Below, one piece after another: positions 1 through 10,925 of a stretch of DNA of 64,000 nt. The notes beneath the pieces were generated by a model that saw only the letters and a program-made list of their open reading frames with translations, was not told where the DNA came from and searched no databases. Position 1 is the stretch's first letter, and every line of letters begins with the position of its first letter. Source of the DNA: Peribolospora baueri (lineage: Eukaryota); NCBI GenBank assembly GCA_029717555.1, contig JAMDHS010000019.1:186001-250000 (forward strand), read 5' to 3'. The position numbers were made by a program, and so were the translations under genes.

Positions 1-608
1 CGAGCCGAGAAGATAAGACTCTAAACCGGAATCATGATTACTTGTCTGAGCCGCCCCCGTCCGACATGCGCGCACAAACGACGGTGACCAATCTCCGCTG
101 AGCAACCGAAAGTGAAATGGTGAGAAGGGAGCGGAACATGGGTGGGCGCGATCTGCCTTGAACTCGATCGTCGACGAATGGACGACGACACGAAACCCTA
201 TTGGGGGACGAGTCTACGGGGCAAAGAAGGGGCGTGGTGTCCGTCTGCGTCCGCGGGCGATAGAACTCGGAGTAGACGGCGCGGTCGTCGAACTCGCCGC
301 GCCCCGGCACCCGCTCGCTCGCTCCGTTAGCCCTTCTCGCCCAACGTAAAACTGAACGGTCGGTCCGAGCGGCTCGCGGCTCCCCCTTTCAAAGTCGCGA
401 ACCAGCTTTCGCATTCCCAGCTCTTCAGAGCGGTGCGCATGAACGTCGTTCGAAGCCCTCGAGCTGGACTGACCGTACTAACAGCCTCTAGGACGCTAAC
501 GCGACCGACTTTGTACGTGAGACCGTCGGAACCGGTCGTCGGTCGTCAGAAAACTAAGTACTTCTGCGCATATACTCACTTTTTTTTTTCCTTCCAGACT
601 GCTTCAAC

Positions 609-2178
609 ATGTCCGCCTCTCGCATCTCGAAGAGGCGCAGGATCGACACCGACGACGCCAACAACGCTGGCCCCAGTCACACGAGGGGAGGCGACAGCGG
701 GGGCGTCATCCAAGTCGACGAGCAAGAGCCCGACGCTGTCGAGCAAGGGCCCAACGATGTCGACGTTTTCGCCCAAGACGGTTCCAGCGTCCGGCGCCGA
801 GTGGCACAAGCGGAGGTCATGGCGACCGAGGGCAGGCGCGCCAACCTCGCTCTAAATGCGCAAGCTCGGCTGACCTTCTGGAGAGACGCCGAGCTCGCCG
901 AGCTCCGGGAAGGGCAGACGCTGCCTGCCAGGAGAGCGTCTCTCTACGAGATGGTCTGCGCCAGGCGCGCCCGCAAGGAAAGGCCTGCGCCGTCGCATGC
1001 CGACACCGACAGGCTCATCCTCGGTCATACCGACACAGTCGCCGCTCTCCAGGCCCTGGCTGATCGCCCACTGCGATTCGATCCGTCGCAGTTTCCGAGA
1101 GCGCTAGTCCGCGTTCGCTATGACACCATCGACGAAGTCGACCACGCCGCGGCGCCATCTGCTCGTTTCGATGTGCGCGTCAAACGCTTCGCGCAGCAAG
1201 ACTTTCGTGAAGTTCTGACGCCCTACGACGCCCATTATTATGCGGACTTCGCCCGGTCGGCGCCCGTCTGGGACGTCTTGGACGACTCGTGCGGGCGGGA
1301 GGACCAAGTTATATGCGCATACATCGGGACGACGGTCGGTGCCTGTATGCGCAGCTCGGCTTCTTCAGTATATGCATGCTCTTTAGACTCTGACGGCCTC
1401 TCTGTAAATCCTGACGGCTTTTTGGATATTTTCTAGCTGGAAGCCCCCTCCACCGCCTCGAAATGGACTCGCAACACGCCATGCGAACCCGTCTGGCAAA
1501 CTTTGCGAAAGTCTCCGGCGGCTGGTCCGGCTGGGAATGCTGGGAGTTTTCCGAATTGGCGTTTCCCGTGAACGCTCCAAACGCCGACTCTCCTAGTCCT
1601 CTGACGCCCCTGCAAATGTTCCGACTCGCTTCGAGGGACGTTGGGTGCGTCGAGGCTTTCCTCATCGATACCGCCGGCCAGACGGCCGTAAACTCGGCCC
1701 CGGGCGGCATAGAGGAGGGCGACTGGGTCGTCCCAGAAGAGGCTATTCAGTTGCGAGACAAGGTGAGCCGGTTTGTATCGGCCACTGCCAAGTCCTGGCT
1801 TAATCCCCTCCGATTTATCTGGTTCAGATCCTTAAAGGCCAGCAGGCCATCTTCACCGAGCCTGTTCCCAGTGACGAGCTAGATCGGCGCAGGGAACAGG
1901 TCAACAAGCTCTTCCGTGTCTCTCAGGCCCGTTACCTTGCCCTAGGGGTCGAGGGCAAGGTTATGTGCGACCGAGGCCTGGAAACGGCGATTACGAACGC
2001 CTCCGCGTTTGCCTTTGACCAGCACGGGAGAGTCCTCAGCCTGCTCCTTGGGAAGGATGCCACGCTGGGGGACATAGTCGGCAAGACCTCGTTCGGGGCC
2101 CGTGTGCGTGGTCGGGACCGAGGTGAGCTTGGCATCTGTGCTGGTGGACGCCATATGCGCGGCCTTTGCCGGTCTTGA
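609..2178 (+). CDS. Spliced orphan protein with N-terminal NLS-like KRRR and a putative GIY-YIG-like nuclease domain; 3' end uncertain
   Basis: ORFs 609-1436, 1463-1882 and 1963-2178 join in frame through GT..AG introns (~1345-1436 and 1763-1827). The spliced protein reads AYIGTT..SPLHRLEMD...VEAFLIDTAGQTAVNSAPGG. Confidence 0.55.
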
Positions 2179-2346
2179 CGCCGACGGCGCTCAGGTCACA
2201 AGGGGCACACCACGACAGGTCACCCACATCGGCTCAACGCTGAGCACCGTAGCTGAACCGGGGAAGAGATTTCCAGCCGAGGCCAGGATCCGACGGTCGA
2301 TGAGGCCCGAAGAGGCCGTTTCCGGATCCGGCCGTCCTGCGCGCGC

Positions 2347-2955
2347 CTAGGCGAGGACGTCCAGAGCCTGGATGCGCTTCCACCGGTCCAGATCCTCTTT
2401 TCCCTCGTCCACCGCCCTCCAGTACACGTCGGCAAGCTCGCCCCAGGCAGCGTCGTTGCGCTCGGTAGACGACAAGAAGGTCGCGGCCGATGTAGACCTC
2501 AGCGCCCGCGTGATGCCGTTGGCGAGGGCCTTTGGGCCGTGGACGGCGTGTGTGGCCAGGTCGGGCGCGCCATCTAGCGTCCCAAGCTCCTGCTGCCTGC
2601 ACGAGGCGCAATGGAAGAAGAGGATGGAGCATCGCACCTTGAGACGATTTTCGTCCGACCGGGGCATGGCAGCGAGCGCCTCTCGTTCCGTTGGCGGCGA
2701 GAACAGCAAAGAGGTCCATCTATTAGTCCAGCCCGCCACTCGCGGCTCGACGAGAAACCAGGGGCTTACGTCTTCGGATCCGGATTCTGCCGACACTCTT
2801 CCTCGACATCGGCGCGCAGCTTCTGAAATGCTGAGCGCGACGACCGATCGAGAGGGCCGTTCCCCGAGACGACGCGCTCGGCCAGCACTCGCTTGAGTTG
2901 ACCGCCGCTCATCCTTCCGCTCAGCTGCAATCCCCTCTGAGTCAATACGCGGCAT
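2347..2955 (-). CDS. Hypothetical protein (orphan; possibly a pseudogene fragment)
   Basis: 202-aa ORF with a helical, protein-like C-terminal half and a plausible 48-nt in-frame intron at 2590-2637. No family recognised. Confidence 0.3.
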   Translation of the reverse strand: MPRIDSEGIAAERKDERRSTQASAGRARRLGERPSRSVVALSISEAARRCRGRVSAESGSEDVSPWFLVEPRVAGWTNRWTSLLFSPPTEREALAAMPRSDENRLKVRCSILFFHCASCRQQELGTLDGAPDLATHAVHGPKALANGITRALRSTSAATFLSSTERNDAAWGELADVYWRAVDEGKEDLDRWKRIQALDVLA

Positions 2956-3584
2956 TATATCCGACAGCCGTCGCGACCGGGCGGCGGAATACCGCAGATA
3001 GTATCAGCGCGTCCCCCGGACCCGCTCTGAACCAAGTTAACCAGTGGGTCCTCAATAGCGTCCCGTCTCGCGCGCATAGTCGTACGCTTTCGCTTTCCGT
3101 CTTTGGCCAGCCGCCCGACGTTTTGTGCATCGCCACGTCGCCTGGCCGTCCGTCGCAAAGTCTTTCCGGCGCCGACGCGATTCGCGTCAGCGTCCGGAGC
3201 GGCTTTGACGTGGTCAGCATCCTCGCGCGGGTGCAGACCAGGCCGAACCGTCGTATCGCCATCGGACCGGTTGACATGTCCTGCTCCTTCGTCGTCTCGG
3301 ACGCCAGGCAGCCCGACCTACCCATCGTGTACGTTTCCGACACGTTCACCAGGTTGACCGGCTACCAGGCGCCCGAGGTCATCGGCAAGAGTTGCAGGTT
3401 CCTTCAGGCGCCCGACGGGCAGGTCGCTCAGGGAAGCAGACGACTATATACCGACAGCGCTGCTTGTCACCACTTGAAGAAACACCTTGCCTCGTGCAAG
3501 GAGGTGCACTCTGTTGCCTCCCGTGCGAGGGAGGACGCGGAGCGAGGAGACGAAAGGAAAAAAAAAAAAAAAAAAAAAGGGTAG
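2898..3584 (+). pseudogene. Truncated White collar-1/VVD-type LOV photosensor fragment
   Basis: SGFDVVSILARVQTRPN-IGPVDMSCSFVVSD-PIVYVSDTFTRLTGY-EVIGKSCRFLQAP matches the fungal WC-1 LOV N-cap and core. Similarity stops at KE (~3503) and the C-terminal strands were not found. Confidence 0.75.
3558..3578 (+). repeat. poly(A) run
   Basis: About 21 consecutive A. Confidence 0.9.
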
Positions 3585-3909
3585 CGCAAGTGGTTCCGAG
3601 CTGGTCTTCCGCCGTCCAGCTCGGCCGGGCCGACCGCACGAGTTGTGTCCCACTTTGCTTGTCTCGCCCGACGATCCACTGACGGAACGAAACACGTCTT
3701 CCCAACTCCTCCATCCAGACAAAAAGATGGATGGAGTTGGGAAGTGCAGCGATGGACCAACGGCCGGCGCCCCAACCCCGTCCCGTCCTCGCGCACCCTT
3801 TTCTTTCTTTCTCCCAGGCGCCCAACCCCCCCCCCCCGCGTTCGTGCCGTCCCATCCCATCCTATCCCGTCTCTTCCCTTCCCACCGCCTCGCGTCGCAC
3901 CTCCACGAT

Positions 3910-4003
3910 AGACAGCGACAGCGACAGCGAAAGCGCATGCACACGCACACGTACACGCACACGCACACGTACGCGAACGCATACGCATACGCATACGCAT
4001 ACG
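3910..4003. repeat. Compound hexamer microsatellite (GACAGC)n/(CACACG-TACACG)n/(CATACG)n
   Basis: Directly visible tandem hexamers. Confidence 0.85.
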
Positions 4004-4829
4004 CGCCGCGCCACAAGACTCTCGCTCGCATCGACCGTCCCTTCCGCTCGCGCTCAAAAGAAAGCAAATTCAAAGGTTAGCCCCCTCCGCGCGCGCGCAC
4101 CGCGCCGCGCCGCGTTAAGGTCGCGTCTGTTCGCGTCTGTTCGCGTCGCCTTCTCGCCCTCGCCCCTCGCCCAAATCTCAAAGCCCAATCCCAAGCACCT
4201 CCCCTCCCCCTTTCCTCCGCCTCGTGGAGGCGATCCTTCTATTTTGCAAGGATGGGCCACGCCACCTATGCACGTAAATCTCTTATCTCTTATTACATGT
4301 GTATTTGCATGTGCATGTGTCCAGGACAGGACAGGGCGGGAGGAAGAAACGGTCGTCTCATGGATAAAAGGAGAAAGTGGGACGAATCGGCGCGCGAATG
4401 CTCCACCACATTTTCTTTCTCTTTTTAATACGTCGAATCTTTCCACGCGTAGTGCGGAGGAACAAGCTGGACGGACGGAGAGGCTTCTTTCGTCGGGCGA
4501 TCACTATTCACGGCACGAACGAGACCGGCACGAGAGCACAACGGAAGCAGGGCCGAGGCGAGAACGAACAAAACTAAAACGAATCGAACGAAACGAAACG
4601 AAAGCGCGGGCGGGAGGGCACGGCGAAGGGACAAAGGAATAAAACGTGCGAAGCGAAAGAAATGAACGGGAAGAAAAAGGGAAAGGGCAGATTACACGGG
4701 CGGAACGAAGGGTGCCGGCGGACGGAGAGAGAGCACGGGACGGATAAACATCGGTGAAGGAGGGAGGGAGGGTCCGAAGAGCGGAGAGACGGCTAGCACC
4801 TAAGACGAGTCCGGGGAGAATAGGGACGA

Positions 4830-4867
<38 letters not shown>
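4830..4867. repeat. (GAC)n microsatellite
   Basis: About 12 tandem CGA/GAC units. Confidence 0.9.
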
Positions 4868-5120
4868 AGGGCCAAAAGTACACACGCCCAGGGGCTACAA
4901 CGAGACCCGACCGAGTCGAGTCGGATCTGCGGCGGGCGGACGAGCGAACGAGCGAGCGGGCGAGAAAAGGCATAGCATGGCGGAGAGCGTAAACGGCGGA
5001 AGACTGGCGTTGGATACCAGCAAACGACCAGCAGGATAAAGGCGGTCGGCTCGTAGCCGCTGGCCGAGGGGTAGAAAATAGTGAGCCGAAGCAGAGGCGG
5101 CGGCGGCGGTGGCGCCTCAA

Positions 5121-7255
5121 CTATGGCGGCGAATAACCAGGCAAGCCCTCGCCGTCGTCGTCCAAGTCGCCGAGGCCGAGATCATGTGCATCGTCGTCCT
5201 CCTCGTCATCCTCGCCGCCAATGCCGGTGCCGGCTTCACCGCCCTTGTGAACGGCGTGCGCGGCCTCGTACTCCTTTCGGAGGGTCTCGTAGGCTATCTT
5301 GTCGCGCTCTGCCATGTCGAGATATGGCTATAGGGAAGGCGGGCGGGTGTGCAGAGGGCGCGTATGAGCATACAGTCACCGTCACGCATCGCAAACGGAA
5401 CGCGTCGCACCTGCTTCTCCGCATCGCTCAAGCTCCTCCACTTGTGAGCGGCCAAAACGCTCTGCTTGGTGGTCTCCTCCTCTCCATTGAATACGTCCTC
5501 CATCATGGCCACATTGGCGCGGATGGCGCGGAGGAAGAGGAAGTAGGCTGAGAGGGGCTTTTTGGGCGCGTTCGGGTCCTTCAGGTTGCCCTTCCGAGAT
5601 TTGCCGGCCTTGCGCTGCTGCGAGCGGAAGAGGTTCTGCGGATGGGGCGGATCGAGAAGGCGGGTGGAGGTTGAGCGAAAGAGAAGAAGGCGAGAGAAAG
5701 AGAAGAAGGCGAGAGAAAGAGAAAAAGGCGAGAGAAAAAGAAGACGAGAGCGAAAGAGAAAAAGGCCAACGGGCTCACCTCATGCTTAATGTCCTCTGGG
5801 GTGAGCGTGAGCCGCCACGCAGCGACCTCCTTCTCGTACTCCTTCTTTAGTTCCTTGCTCTTCTTTTGGTACACCGATTTTTCCTCCGCGCTCAGGCTCG
5901 CATACCGTTGCCCGGCTTCCTTGGCCACATGGGCAACGTTCATCTTTTCGCTCGCCGACGCCGTTTGTCTGTACTGCTGGAGCTGCTCGGCGAAGAAGAT
6001 CTGCCACGCCGACGGCGCCTGCTTCGGCGGCTTCAATCGAGATTTGAGCGGCGGTTTTGCTGTCGCGCGGCGAAAGAAAGGGCGCATACAAGGTCAGCGA
6101 TGGCGATCGATCGATGGATCGCCGCGGGCCTACTCACGCTTGTCCTCCTTGGCCGCCTTTGCCTTGCCGCTCGTCCTGGCGCTCTTGGTCTCCTTTTCGG
6201 CGTCGTCGCCCCTGGCGTGGGTGTCCGAGCTGCCGCTGGCCTTTCTCTTGACGCCCGCCTTGACAGGTTTAGCGTCCGCGAGGGCGGTGGAGGGCCCGGG
6301 CTGGCCGGGGGCGCCGGCGCCGGCGCCGCTCAACTCGGCTTGGCCGTGCGTGGACACGTCCGGGGACGAGGTGGTGTGCTTGGGCGCCGCAGTGAGGCTG
6401 GAAGGACTGGTGGAGGTGGGGCCGGGGGCCTGGGCGAGGTTGTAATGGGAGGCATGCACGACGCCGGGCGAGCCGAAAGGGGGGCCGAGGCCGGGGGCGG
6501 TGGTGGCGCCGGGGGCGACGGTGGCGTAGCTATACATCTGAGCGGGCTGGCCGGCGGGCTGATGAGAGGAGGGGTGATGGGCATACATCATGGGGCTGGG
6601 GGCTTGCTGCTGCGGGAGGGAGTAAGGCTGGTGGTGGTGCTGGTGGTGGTGTTGCTGCTGCTGCTGCTGATGATGCTGCTGCTGTTGCTGCTGCTGGTAA
6701 ATAGGGTACGATGGGGCGGAGGCGTGGGGTGCGAAGCGGGGGGACTGCTGGGAGGGGCCGAATGCGTCGTAGGACTGCTGAGCGGGGCCGTGCTGGGCGG
6801 CAGCGAGGGCCTGAGGGGCGGCGACGGGGCTGTGGTGAAGGGAGGCGGCCTGAGCATGGGCGGGTTGGACGACGGTGGCGGCTCTGGCGGCGTCGTAGGC
6901 GAGCTGTCGGTCGTGAGCGGGCGCGGCGACGCCCTGGTGGAGGGTGGCGTTCATCATGCCGCCGGGGTTGAAGTACTGCTGAGGGCTGAGTGCCTGGGAG
7001 AAGGACTGGGGGGAGACGGTGGTGATCTGGTGGGGCTGGGGATGGGCATGTTGTTGCTGGAGATGGTGCTGGTAGGCGAAGTGCTGGGGTTGGGTGTGGG
7101 TGTAGGAGGGATAAGGGGAGCCGGAGGAGGAGGGGGAGGGGAGGTGGTGGGGGTGTTGTTGGTGTTGGTGTTGGTGTTGGTGTTGAGAAGTGGGTTGGTG
7201 GTGTTGGTGTTGGTGGTGTTGGTGGAGGGGTTGGTGTTGGTGGTGTTGTTGTTGG

Positions 7256-7299
<44 letters not shown>

Positions 7300-7521
7300 G
7301 AGACGCTGGACCTGGGCCTGGGCGGCGGCGGCGCTGGCAGAGGTCTGAGGCGGAGGGAAGCCGTCGACGCCTACGCCTGCGGAGTCGAGTGCGGGGGAGC
7401 CCATGCCCATGCCCATGCCCATGTGATAGGCGTCGGTGGATGACGAGTCGTGGTGGTCGTGGCCGTGACGGTGACGGTGCGAGGACGCGGCGGCGGCAGC
7501 AGCAGCGGCGGCGGCGGACAT
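5121..7521 (-). CDS. Two-HMG-box protein with long Q/H/P-rich N-terminus (resembles basidiomycete Exp1-type HMG1/2-like proteins)
   Basis: Spliced exons give KPPKQAPSAWQIFF..VAKEAGQRYASL and KDPNAPKKPLSAYFLF..AAHKWRSLSDAEK..AERDKIAY. Acidic tail and stop at 5121. Confidence 0.9.
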
Positions 7522-7638
7522 GAGAGGGCGGAGACGGAACAAAGAGGCGGAGGGGATGGATGGCCGAGGTAGAGGGGCAGTAGCGAGGAAGGAGGGATGG
7601 GCAGGCAGTCAGTCAGTCAGTGAGAGAGTGGAGGCGGC

Positions 7639-7653
7639 TTAGGGCTGCCCTAG
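7639..7653. promoter_or_regulatory. Telobox-like near-palindrome TTAGGGCTGCCCTAG
   Basis: Inverted TTAGGG/CCCTAG halves about 120 bp upstream of the HMG gene ATG. Function inferred. Confidence 0.35.
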
Positions 7654-8395
7654 ACGGAGGCCACGGTTAGGCGGCGGTGAGGACGGACAGGCGGCGAGCG
7701 AGGGCGAGAAGAGGACACGGCGACGACGGAGGCCGGCGGACGGACTCGGTCGTGGTGGGAGGGCAAAGGAAAGAGGAGAGAAAAAGGTGGGAGGAGGAAG
7801 AGAGGCGGAGGAAGAGTTCATGTACCCCTTCCCTTTAGTCCCTTCCAGCCCATGCACTCCATCCATTCCTTCGCCACCCAATCACGGCCCCGCATTCCCC
7901 ATTCCGCAGCCCGCGCCCGGATCGCCTCCCGCCCAATTCATGCCGTTTCTATTCCGCATTCATCCCCCTTTCTATTCCCAATTACCCGCTCTTTCAATCC
8001 GCCATCCTCTCCGTCATTTCGCGTCACCCTCCCCCCGCCCTTACAGAAGGCAATACCCCGCTCGAAAATAGCAATACAACGGATCCAGCCCCGGCCCAGC
8101 CAACCCGTCCCTCTGTCCATGCGCCCGTCACTCCGGCGTCCGCAGCAGACAAACGGCCGCGAGTGACTCCGGCAGCCGCAGCAGACTGCCGCAGCAGCCA
8201 AGGACTCGTCGACGACTCGTCGCATCAATCACTGCGGCGTCCACCCGATCTCCTCGTCTATTCATTCATCCTCCTCTCCATTCGTCCACCGCCCCCTTCA
8301 TCGCCCCCCTCCTCGTCGTCCCTCCCTCTCCCTCCCCCACCAAACCCGTCCCAGGAGGAACAGAAGAACGAAAGAACGGACATCTTCCGCCCACC

Positions 8396-10628
8396 ATGCC
8401 CGGCGAGTTCGGCGGTGTCGACGCCTTTGGCATGCGTCGTAGCAGGTGAGTTCTTGCGCACGGGTAGATAGATAGACAGACAGACAGATAGATAGACAGA
8501 CAGAAAGATAGATAGATAGACAGACAGATACACACATACACCATTTCTCCCAAAGCACCTCCGGCCAGCCACAGTCCCAGTCGGCGTTCGGCGGTGCCGG
8601 CGCCTTTGGCCTCTGGCGGCGGCTTGCCTTGGTCCATCGCGTCGCCCGCCGCATACACTCACCTTCTTCCCGTAACCCCCTTCGTCTCCCCCTTCGTCTC
8701 CCTCCCAGCTCTACCGCCCAACCGCTATCCACCGCACTCGTCCCCACCGAGCCCGCCACCCTCGCCCAGACCCAGCCTTCGTCCCCCGCCGGAGGGAACC
8801 AGTCCCGGTTCGGAGGCTCCAATGCCTTTGGCCGCACCAGTGCCTTTGGCTTGAGCCAAACGTGAGCTTTGCTTGATCGATCATCGCCGCGTTCACGGTA
8901 CCAGTTCTGACGGATGGTCTTGTCCTTGCCAGTACTACATCCCAGCCCCAGTCCCAGTCGACGTTCGGCGGCACTGACGCCTTTGGCCTCAAGCGGAGGT
9001 GAGCTTTTTTTGGCTCTGCGCATCGCGTCGTCTCGTCGTGCCCCTTCAACCCGTCGCTGACGGGCCCCTTTGTCTTTCTTCTAGCGCTCCGCCGCAGGGT
9101 GGTCCATCCCAATCTCTCTTTCCCTCCTTGTCCCAGCCCCAGTCCCAGCTCCAGCCTCAACCCCAGTCCCAATCCCTCTTTCCCTCCCTGTCCCAGCCAC
9201 AGTCCCAATCCCTCTTCCAGTCACAGCCACAGCCACAGTCCCAATACTCCTTCCAGGCCCAGGCCCAGGCCCAGCCTCAGACCCAATCCCTCTTCTCGTC
9301 TCAATCCCAACCCCAAACCCAATCCCTCTTCTCGTCCCAGCCCCAGCCCCAGGCCCAATCTCTCTTCTCGTCTCAATCCCAGCCTCAGACCCAACCCCTC
9401 TTCTCGTCCCAATCCCAGCCTCAGACCCAATCCCTCTTCCAGCCCCAGACCCAGTCCCTCTTCCAGTCCAAGTCACAGCCGTTGTTCCAGTCCGGCTTCC
9501 GGTCCCAGCTCGGTGCACAACCACTTGCATCCTTGCAGCAGCAGCAACAACAGCAACAGCTACAGCCGCAGCCGCCGACCGTGCTCACCACTACTCCCAT
9601 CTACATGAAGCAGAGGTACCAAGACGTGCCGGACGCCGCTCGCGGTTTGATCGATCAGATCGAGTGAGGAAGCCACCTCTGGCCTTTTTCCTCCTTCCCA
9701 TCCTACCCTAACCTCTTTTTCTTCCTCCTTCGCCGACCTGCATGCACAGAGGAGAAATCACGAAAAAGATGCAGATTATGCAAGACCTCCGCTCGTGCCA
9801 CATCGACCGAGAGGTCGTCAAGGGCTCCCAAGCCCTGCGTCACCTGCAAAACGTGAGTGGATAAAATGGGTGATTTTATTTGGCCCGCCCGCCGGCCGCT
9901 CAACCGTGCCTCCTCTTTGACCCCCTCAGGAGCACCAATCCGTGTCAGCGCTGCTCGAGGAAGACGTCGTGCTCGTCAAAGAGCTCCGAGACCGCGTGGA
10001 GAAGGACTACAGCGACATGATCATTGCCGCCCGTATCGTCGACGGACACAAGGACCCACACAACCAGGGCAGCTGGCTCAAGACGCACGTCAAGTTTCCG
10101 TTTGAGTGAGCACGATCACGGGCGATCGATTATTCCTTTCTCGTCTCATCTCATTCACCGTCGCTTTCCTCCGCACAGGTTCTTCTCTCGCGAGGCCGAG
10201 CTCTTCCGGGAATGCATACAGCGAAGCAGGGCGACGTTGGAGGTGAGCCGAGGCGAGCGTTGGTTATCGAACGCGAACCCGACCCTCACCCCTCCTCCTT
10301 TCTGCCCAGCAAATCGCCCATCACGTATCCGTCATCGACAGCAGGGAACAATACACGCCCCAAGCCGTATCGGAGATCATACACACCCAACACGCTTCCC
10401 TCGTCGCCCTCGCCGCACAGGTCGGTGAGATGCACGCCGAGATACAGCGGCTTAAGAAGCAGTATCGCGAACTTTGGCAAGTGCGTTCGTTTCTTCCGCC
10501 TCCTCGCCTCGCTCTACCTACCACCACCCACCCTAAGAACAGACAGCTGACCTCCCATCCCGTTTCTCCAGGAACGGACGAACGCGCTCCGAGACCCGTT
10601 CGCATCCTCCGCCATCACCGCTACCTGA
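8396..10628 (+). CDS. NUP49: Nucleoporin Nup49/Nup58 family (FG repeats plus C-terminal coiled coil)
   Basis: Short FG exons (FGG.xAFG) and a Q/S-rich SLF repeat. These are followed by [23 protein letters not shown], and [27 protein letters not shown]...LRDPF. Confidence 0.75.
8465..8530 (+). repeat. (GATA/GACA)n microsatellite in intron 1 of the nucleoporin gene
   Basis: Tandem tetranucleotides. Confidence 0.9.
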
Positions 10629-10925
10629 CCCTCCCACCGCCTCCCGCCCGCTGCCCGCACCTTTGTACGAGTATCGCAACGACTGACGAATTTCGAACCA
10701 ACTTATTTTTGGATCAGATCACGCTCTCTCTGTGTAGTCCTTCCCTCCGCTTTTTCTTACTACCCTCGCTCGAGATGGGATGGATGAGGCGCCACAAGGG
10801 GCTTGGCTTTTTTTTAACAAAACTCCGTGTTACGGACAGGGAAACAGACCGCTGACGGAGAGAGCCGCCGTGTCCGCTCAAGCGGCCGGTAGACGCATGC
10901 GGCAACAAGGATGGCGCGGGCGCAT

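Noticed and set aside
38..414. Short minus-strand ORFs at the window edge
   Set aside because: Could be part of a divergent gene, but there is no recognisable motif or consistent splice model.
3379..4875. Several 130-300 aa ORFs on both strands
   Set aside because: Derived from microsatellites and purine tracts, with no domain-like content. Probably 3' UTR or intergenic sequence.
5866..7443. 525-aa plus-strand G/L/V-rich ORF
   Set aside because: Antisense shadow of the Q/H/P-rich HMG exon.
9270..9440. Regular 36-nt repeats resembling a CRISPR array
   Set aside because: In-frame coding tandem repeats with no unique spacers, in a eukaryotic gene.
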